From positions 23,370-87,369 of the IMG/VR virus record IMGVR_UViG_2859725622_000004: a stretch of DNA of 64,000 bases; one strand, given 5' to 3'. The stretch comes from a virus. Taxonomy: Duplodnaviria > Caudoviricetes. The notes below the pieces were generated by a model, which saw nothing but the letters and a program-made list of their open reading frames with translations, searched no databases and was not told the DNA's origin. This document shows positions 1-6,539 of this stretch, piece after piece (position 1 is the stretch's first letter; every line of letters starts with the position of its first letter). Position numbers and translations under genes: made by a program.

Positions 1-246
1 CTCAGCATCTACTACCCCTTGTTGATATGCCTTTAATCCGGCTGACTGGGCAGCCTGAAGTTGAGCCTCTTTTTCGGTAGCACTTTTTTTGGCGGCTATT
101 TCTGCCGTTAGGTCTGATTTATCGCGCTTAGTCCACTTGAGAGACCATTCCGAGTTTTTACTATCGCTACCCCACCAGTACCCGCCGCCGACTAAAACTG
201 AAATCGTCAGTGCGACGGCTATCAATCTCAATAGGGTTTCTTTCAT
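1..246 (-). CDS. Rz-like inner-membrane spanin (partial, runs off window)
   Basis: Translated by hand: MKETLLRLIAVALTISVLVGGGYWWG... N-terminal TM then helical region; ATGA overlap with endolysin stop. Confidence 0.75.
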   Translation of the reverse strand, partial: MKETLLRLIAVALTISVLVGGGYWWGSDSKNSEWSLKWTKRDKSDLTAEIAAKKSATEKEAQLQAAQSAGLKAYQQGVVDAE

Positions 247-638
247 GCGGGTATCTCAATGTGAGGCGCATCTAAGAACTTAGCGGGCTTGTCATTTGGG
301 TTATCAGTCCAACTGATACCAAAACGCAGCTTAATGCCCAGCTCTTTACCCGCACGGTGCATGGCATCCAATACCGGCAGCCAGCACTTATAGTTATTCC
401 AGTCACCGCCAACGGGGAACAGATCAACCGCATTCCCAGAGATATGACGGCTGTTCATTGTTTGACTCTTGCCAGTGGCCACCAGCTCTTTTTGCCGTTC
501 TACCGTGCGGACACCTTCGATCACGCCAAAATCTACGATTGATAGCTCAAGGGCGCGGCGGACTACTTTCACCAATACAGGGTTAACACCTTTGAGGTTA
601 TTATCACTCCGCTGGCTGAATCTGAAATTACTTGTCAT
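243..638 (-). CDS. Endolysin, peptidase M15 family (L-Ala-D-Glu peptidase type)
   Basis: SRH...GNAVD...DAPHIE zinc-peptidase motifs; between holin and spanin. Confidence 0.9.
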   Translation of the reverse strand: MTSNFRFSQRSDNNLKGVNPVLVKVVRRALELSIVDFGVIEGVRTVERQKELVATGKSQTMNSRHISGNAVDLFPVGGDWNNYKCWLPVLDAMHRAGKELGIKLRFGISWTDNPNDKPAKFLDAPHIEIPA

Positions 639-966
639 TCTCTTTTCCTTCTTCCATTGGCCTGCCCGTTACCTTCCACTTGAACAAGCTGGATAAATAA
701 TCCGTGCCGAGATAACCAATAATTACACTAGAGAGGTATGCGAGGTCGGTCGATAACCCGAAGAAATTAAGTAGGTCACGCACCGCAAAAGCTATCGCAG
801 CACACATCAGTGCATCCAAAAAACATCTACGCCATGGCTTCTCGTTATACCGGCCACGTAACCAGGCGATAATCCCAGCGATCCCGCCATAGCCCAACTC
901 GGGACGATGTGCGGCTATCCATCGGGTAATGATGTCCATAAGGTCAGGGTTGTTATGCATTTTCAT
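628..966 (-). CDS. Holin, lambda S family, with Met-Lys-Met dual start
   Basis: Three hydrophobic segments, IGYLGTD motif, charged C-terminus; starts at 966 and 960 behind a GGAGG-type SD. Confidence 0.85.
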   Translation of the reverse strand: MKMHNNPDLMDIITRWIAAHRPELGYGGIAGIIAWLRGRYNEKPWRRCFLDALMCAAIAFAVRDLLNFFGLSTDLAYLSSVIIGYLGTDYLSSLFKWKVTGRPMEEGKENDK

Positions 967-1215
967 ATCTCCCCCTCCCATACGGGCTGGGCGTGTAGTT
1001 AAGGACTTTAGCCCACCAGTGCAGCCACTCATCTGTTAATAGTGTGTGTGGAGTTGATTGGGTGACTGATGGGCTAAAACTGAAAAAGGCCACGAATTAA
1101 CACTGTCTAATAGTTGCCTGCTTTTAACCACGTCAGGCGAGGTGCATCCTGTCATTCCCCAACAACATGGATTCGGTTAATCTGAATACCCCCAACAATA
1201 TGAAGAGTATTTATT

Positions 1216-1737
1216 GTGATCGCAGAATTGACGGCTGTAATGACAGCAATCCGTGAAACGGCAAATCTAGCTAAAGTAATAAATGATGCAAAAACAGACG
1301 CTGAAATTAAGAAGGCAATTTCAGAACTACAGTCGCGATTATTAATGCTCCAGCATGAGAGCTTCACACTTGGAGATCTGATCCGCTCTCGTGATGAAGA
1401 GCTGTCCCATGTCAAAGCAAAACTGGCAGAGGCTGAAAATTTCACAAAGGAGTCTGAAGGTTACGTTCTTAACAAAGCGGAGTCGGGAACGTTGATGTAC
1501 TCCAAGAAGCAAGCGATGAACGGTGAAGAGTTGATAGTGAATGTATGCCCACAGTGCTTTCATCATCATAAAATATCTATACTTCAACCTGGCATAACTA
1601 CCGGTGTAAAAGGCGGCTTTTTTGTTCATTATTGCCCTACATGCAAGAGTGAATTTAAAATGAATAAGCTACCTCCAGCAAAGCCACTTCGCATTGCTGG
1701 GTCAGGCCCTCGGTTTGGTGGTAATGGCGGCTGGTAA
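1216..1737 (+). CDS. Hypothetical moron protein: N-terminal coiled coil, C-terminal CxxC...CxxC zinc finger
   Basis: 173-aa ORF, CPQC and CPTC pairs, opposite to the late operon. Confidence 0.7.
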   Translation: MIAELTAVMTAIRETANLAKVINDAKTDAEIKKAISELQSRLLMLQHESFTLGDLIRSRDEELSHVKAKLAEAENFTKESEGYVLNKAESGTLMYSKKQAMNGEELIVNVCPQCFHHHKISILQPGITTGVKGGFFVHYCPTCKSEFKMNKLPPAKPLRIAGSGPRFGGNGGW

Positions 1738-1883
1738 AAACAATTTAAGTATTAGAAAAAAGGCCTACCGAGATGAGCCCTGAATGGGCACCAGAGAGAA
1801 TCTGGCATTATCCCTTTGCTTTCCACAGTCAAGGGAAGCTGATAAATTGACTATTCCATAGTAAACCTAAGGGATTGAGAATC

Positions 1884-2075
1884 ATGGTAAAACAGACGAA
1901 ATGCCCTAAATGCGAATCCACTTCATTTGAGTTAAACAGTGGTACTAAAGTTGACGGTTGCAGGCACAACATTCATTTTATTCAGTGTGCGTCGTGTGGT
2001 GCGGCTATTTCTGTAGTTAGTGATAGACACAATTTTCTTTTCGAAGAAATAGCTAAAAAGCTTGGAATCAGCTAA
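1884..2075 (+). CDS. 63-aa zinc-ribbon protein (paralogue of 54197-54388)
   Basis: CPKC...CASC; 36/63 identical to the 54197-54388 product by manual alignment. Confidence 0.75.
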   Translation: MVKQTKCPKCESTSFELNSGTKVDGCRHNIHFIQCASCGAAISVVSDRHNFLFEEIAKKLGIS

Positions 2076-2133
2076 GTGTGGGCACATTCCACAAATAATT
2101 ATGCCCTGACAGATGTCGGGGCTTTTATTTTTT

Positions 2134-2340
2134 GAAGCCGGTTACGGTTCCGGCGTCAACATCTACCAATGTGCTGACCGCATACCTTTCAGTGTACTTC
2201 TGTGGTGGTGGGGAATTCGCCGACGTCGTTTCACTGGTGTTCCACTTGTATCCCCACACATCGGTGCCTGCTTTCACCACATTCGGCTGGATACTGTTTC
2301 ACAACGATTGGATTAACCAATCCAGTACCCATGCGAATGT
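2134..2340 (-). ncRNA. Candidate structured ncRNA cluster in the late leader
   Basis: Three consecutive multi-stem domains directly after a terminator; no convincing ORF. Confidence 0.5.
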
Positions 2341-2346
2341 AGAAAG

Positions 2347-2376
2347 CAAAAAGCCCCGGCGATTAACCGAGGCTTA
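2347..2376 (-). terminator. Intrinsic terminator (tR'-like)
   Basis: AGCCTCGG/CCGGGGCT stem followed by T5 on minus. Confidence 0.7.
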
Positions 2377-2492
2377 AAATTTAGTGCAGCAGTATTACTG
2401 ACTTGCTAATTCTACATAGGGGATAATCCCGCATGTAAAAAAGCCCCGCGATATGCGAGGCTTATAATGCGAAAAGAATGTGGGCTTATTTA

Positions 2493-2909
2493 TTAATTAA
2501 CATATTTTTCTGCCCAAGATCTATGTACTGGGGTCATACCTGAAAAATTTTGAACCTGCTTGGCTCTTGAAGACGTAACATGAAAAAAACGCCAACACGC
2601 AGAGATCATTTCTCCCCACGATAAACCTGTATAAGGATAGTGCGAATCGCCAACATCGGACTCCAAGTACCATGCATGGAAACCCTCAGAAGGGGCGCAA
2701 TCTGTAATATTTATTATTAGGGCATTAAGGAGGGGATAATTATTGTCTATACAGAACTTCCCAACAGCTCCTGCATATTCTCCGACCATGTTATGGCTTA
2801 GTCCAAAAGCATTTTCCAACTCATGGTATGGAACGACTCTTTTATCTTGTGCAACTTGCGATAGGTGGCGCAAAAAATAGTCAAAAGTAGTAGGGTTTAT
2901 AGCAAACAT
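2493..2909 (-). CDS. Hypothetical cargo protein (138 aa)
   Basis: ORF with SD-like GGAG upstream of ATG 2909 and a terminator-like hairpin downstream. Confidence 0.65.
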   Translation of the reverse strand: MFAINPTTFDYFLRHLSQVAQDKRVVPYHELENAFGLSHNMVGEYAGAVGKFCIDNNYPLLNALIINITDCAPSEGFHAWYLESDVGDSHYPYTGLSWGEMISACWRFFHVTSSRAKQVQNFSGMTPVHRSWAEKYVN

Positions 2910-3139
2910 AATCAATCTCCGAAAGAAGGTATGTACTTGAATGAAGGCATAAAGCAGCTTCGGTAGACAGCATAACACTTCATTAAGTGAACCTAATGAT
3001 TAGGGTCAAGTAAATGATATAAACAGTGGACGTCTAATCTAAGACTTTAACCAACCTACCAGTATAAACTTGCCAACCTCAGGATTTAATACCGTTTTTT
3101 CGATCTGATACATAATGTTAAAACTAGTGTTTTTGATTG

Positions 3140-3205
3140 TGTAAGCTACGTGACAAAGTAACCACTCTTAGCAGAGTAATAGGTAAAATTCGTAACGAAT
3201 AGTTT
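3140..3205 (-). promoter_or_regulatory. Possible late promoter/qut region of the left element
   Basis: CGTTACGAATTTT...AAGAGTGGTTACTT resembles, from recollection, sequences that directly follow Q genes of this family; -35/-10 not resolved. Confidence 0.35.
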
Positions 3206-3511
3206 TTTATACGTTTTTTTATTAGTTCATACTTACTGTTACACCCATTGAACTCTGGGCCAATCAGATCTGACAGCCAGCTCGGTGCCAATACCGGACA
3301 TTCAACGCACTAAAACATACTAATACAGCGAGGCAACACTTACTTGTCAGAAGATAACGCCCCAGATAAATCGTGTGATTAACTACAGGAAGTAGCACTG
3401 ATTTAATATTTGGTATTATGAATATTGGTTTCCTGACTTTTCATATTCTTCCTGGCAAATTACACTCCTGAATTAGCTTTTCAAAATATTCTCAATCTGG
3501 GAGACAACCTC

Positions 3512-4434
3512 ATGACTCTGGAGCCGGCAATCGCTAGGCTTGTTGACGACTTTATCGCAGCAGGTCGCCCGTCATCTCGTAATCAGACATTTGAAGAACG
3601 TCGTGCCACGTATGTTGCAAGCACAGCTCTGTCCGGTGATATTGAGCAGCGCGTAAATGTTGAAGATATGGTTATTCAAGGGATTTCGTTGCGTATCGTA
3701 TCGCCCTTAAATGAGGGGGGGGGGTTTTGCCTGCGATTGTCTATTATCATGGTGGTTGTTTTGTGAGTGGCGGTTTTTTAACACATGATAATCAGCTGCG
3801 ACAACTTGCCTTCCTGAGTGGTTGTAGAGTCGTTGCGGTACAATATCGTTTAGCTCCAGAACATACTTATCCAGCTGCACATGATGATGCGGAACATGCT
3901 GCGAACATTGTTTGGCAACACGCACAAGCGTTGGGCATTGATCGAAACCATATAACATTAATGGGGGATAGCGCGGGAGGCCATCTTGCCCTGATAACAG
4001 CACTTCGATTGAGAAACACCAAACAATGGCTGCCCCAGCAGTTGGTACTTATTTACCCCATGCTGGATGCAACTGCATCATTTGAAAGCCACAAGCTAAA
4101 TGGTAACGATTATGTGCTAACAAGCGACACGCTACTTAGCGGTTTCGAAGCCTATTTTCCTCATACTGAATTTACTCATCCTGAAGTCAGCCCGTTACTG
4201 CATGGTGATTTATCTGCGTTGCCACCAGTGCATATCGTTACAGCGGAATACGACCCGTTGCGCGATGAAGGTGAAGCGCTATTTGTTCGCCTTACTCAGC
4301 AAGGGGTAAATTGCACAGCACAACGCTATTTCGGCGTCATTCACGGTTTCTTTCAGCTTGGGGGGATAAGCCCGACAGCACGGAATCTAATGCGGGACAT
4401 TTGCGCGCTTATTCGTTCATTGGTTAAGCCGTAA
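3512..4434 (+). pseudogene. Alpha/beta hydrolase (HSL/Aes-like esterase) split at a G10 tract
   Basis: HGG oxyanion motif, GDSAGG nucleophile, DPLRDEG and HGF motifs; frames 3512-3766 and 3727-4434 join if the tract is G11 or G8. Confidence 0.85.
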
Positions 4435-4751
4435 TATCCCGCATTTTCCAGACCATCATCCATCTGTTCATATCGCTTGATAAGAAATGGAGTTGTTGAA
4501 TGATAGTTTGCTGACATAAAGTCTGCATTTCGTTCATAGCGGTACCTTTGGTGCTGAAGTGGGCAGTTTCGTGCTAGAAAGAAGACGTTACAAACAGTTA
4601 ATTGTGTTAATCAAGCGGGAGCAGATCAACTCCAAGTAAAGGGGGATTTTATTTGACTAGGACGACGCTAAGTTGATCTGCTTCCCAATGAATAGCTCAG
4701 TTAGCGTCTACTTCTCGCCCTTAACCGACGCTAATATTTATCCAATCCTTG

Positions 4752-5177
4752 CTACAGAGCATTGTCAGAACAGGTCTGATACAGTTTTGTACTATCAGAT
4801 TTATGCGTCCACTCATCCATTTCTAACTTAGCCCCTGCCATAATCAAACAGGCATCTACAAAAGTTTCAGCCAGCATGAGTTTTAACCGAATCTTACCCT
4901 CTGAGCATTTATGCTTCCTGGCAATCGCTGACTTTGATATACCCTTTTTATAATGCTGCTCTATCAGATTATACTCTTCGCTGCGTCCTGCCTTTTTTAG
5001 CCTGCCTATAGCAGCATCGACTAACAACCCATCATTATCACAGCACGACAACCGTGATTTTGTGGTACTGGGTAACAGACCTTTAAATCCTGCTGCAATG
5101 GGGGAGTAACCTACGCCACTATCTTCATTTGCTGCCCAACCGCCCCAGCGTTCTAATACCAATTGAATATCACGCAT
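4752..5177 (-). CDS. Q: Late antiterminator Q family protein
   Basis: MRDIQLVLERWGGWA...GFKGLLP...CCDNDGL signature; upstream of lysis genes. Confidence 0.85.
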   Translation of the reverse strand: MRDIQLVLERWGGWAANEDSGVGYSPIAAGFKGLLPSTTKSRLSCCDNDGLLVDAAIGRLKKAGRSEEYNLIEQHYKKGISKSAIARKHKCSEGKIRLKLMLAETFVDACLIMAGAKLEMDEWTHKSDSTKLYQTCSDNAL

Positions 5178-5216
5178 ATTATGGATACCCCTCTGAATCC
5201 CTGGACGTTACCCAAT

Positions 5217-5250
5217 AAAAAAGCGAGCCGTATTTAATATACGACTCACT
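5217..5250 (-). terminator. Intrinsic terminator upstream of Q
   Basis: AGTGAGTCGTAT/ATACGGCTCGCT stem plus T6 on minus. Confidence 0.7.
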
Positions 5251-5438
5251 ATTTATATTGATTAGCTATGTAGACATATTACCATAAATCGTAACGATAA
5301 ATGAGTAAATAACGGTAATATCTTCCATGATGGCAGCACGTTAGGCGACGTTAATTGAATTATTTAACAAAGTTAATTCTTAGCGGTGCATTCATCACCA
5401 GATCCCCGTCTATTCCAATGCTTCTGCTTTTGCATCCC

Positions 5439-6440
5439 CTATACGCACTCATGCACGCCTATCAAATTCAGATATACCGCATCATTATCTGATCCTGAAA
5501 AACTCTGATGTCGCTCACTTTGCAAATACCATTTCAATACATCCAGTGCCTCTCGTTGATGGCGAGGGCGGATGATTTCAAGCTTCTTATCAAGGTAGGT
5601 TTCACGATCAGATATAGGCCCTTCACAATCATAACCATATCCACCAGGGTCCATTTCTTTGCAAGCAGCATTACGCACCGTATATAACCATTGCCAATAC
5701 TGAAATTCTCTTACAACATCAGACAGTGTATGAGGCTCTGGTAAAACCCCAGCGAAACCCTTTGACGCTTGCGCTCGCAGGTCCCATACATCAGTAACTC
5801 GCTTACCCTCAATACATCCCTTCTTTTTTTCCTCAGGTGTCCAGCCAAAATCATTATCATAAATATCACCACAGACCATCTCCATGAGTTGTTCGGCTCT
5901 AGTAGGCTCCAGTGCTGCCTCATAGCTGCCAAATGTTCCCCTGACCTCTGCTGCGCGGGAATATTGTGTTCTAGCTCGGTCTATATAATGCTGTGGGTCG
6001 CCCATCATTAGTGTGGAAAAGCCAGCAGTCCACCCAGCGCCATTCGCTTCTAAATAACGAGTGTAATTATCTCGAGCATCTTTAGGGGATATAGTCAGCT
6101 TGTGCAAGGCTTCCTCAGCCGCTGCAATATGTCCCGGTTCGCCGGTATTGATAACTTCCAACACCCACAAATAGGCGTCGGTCTGCTTATCTCCCGTAAT
6201 ACGCCGCTGTACGGGTAACGGCTTTGGCACTATAAGTGCAGTGCTGTATTGCTTCTCTGGTATCTCAAACATCGCTGTATGCTCGGGATTATCAGCAAAT
6301 AACCCCGACCGCTTACAGGCGCTTTTGACCGTGCTCAAATTCAAATTAGTCATATCGGCTATCCGTTTATAACCGATGCCTGATTGTTTAAGCCGAAATA
6401 CCTCAGCACGTAATTCTTTTGTCATTCTCATGATATGCAT
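5439..6440 (-). CDS. Hypothetical protein with N-terminal HTH
   Basis: ~330-aa ORF; GYKRIADMTNLNLSTVKS helix-turn-helix-like segment; start uncertain (6431 or 6440). Confidence 0.7.
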   Translation of the reverse strand: MHIMRMTKELRAEVFRLKQSGIGYKRIADMTNLNLSTVKSACKRSGLFADNPEHTAMFEIPEKQYSTALIVPKPLPVQRRITGDKQTDAYLWVLEVINTGEPGHIAAAEEALHKLTISPKDARDNYTRYLEANGAGWTAGFSTLMMGDPQHYIDRARTQYSRAAEVRGTFGSYEAALEPTRAEQLMEMVCGDIYDNDFGWTPEEKKKGCIEGKRVTDVWDLRAQASKGFAGVLPEPHTLSDVVREFQYWQWLYTVRNAACKEMDPGGYGYDCEGPISDRETYLDKKLEIIRPRHQREALDVLKWYLQSERHQSFSGSDNDAVYLNLIGVHECV

Positions 6441-6539
6441 ACCCTGTATTCTTTTACTCTCTGTCAGGGCATTGGTGTAATACCCCACCAGAGAGAATGA
6501 TTTATCCGATTCAGGTCAGTTCAAATGGAGGCGATCCGC

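Noticed and set aside
2113-2377. ORFs 2113-2316 and 2132-2377 as proteins
   Set aside because: No SD or protein-like motifs; the region is better explained by dense base-pairing on the opposite strand.
3270-4590. Degenerate palindromic motifs (3270-3312 and 4518-4590) flanking the esterase as integron attC-like cassette ends
   Set aside because: Too degenerate to define R/L boxes, they point in opposite directions, and no integron integrase is present.
5239-5252. 14-nt exact match to the T7 promoter core (ATACGACTCACTAT)
   Set aside because: It is one arm of a well-formed intrinsic terminator on the minus strand, lacks the -17/-16 bases and the +1 G run, and points at no plus-strand gene; most simply chance.
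4434-5440. Left att site ending the P4-like element before the lysis genes
   Set aside because: No copy of the tRNA-Arg 3' sequence found by eye in this interval or elsewhere in 1-16245; a short degenerate core could have been missed.
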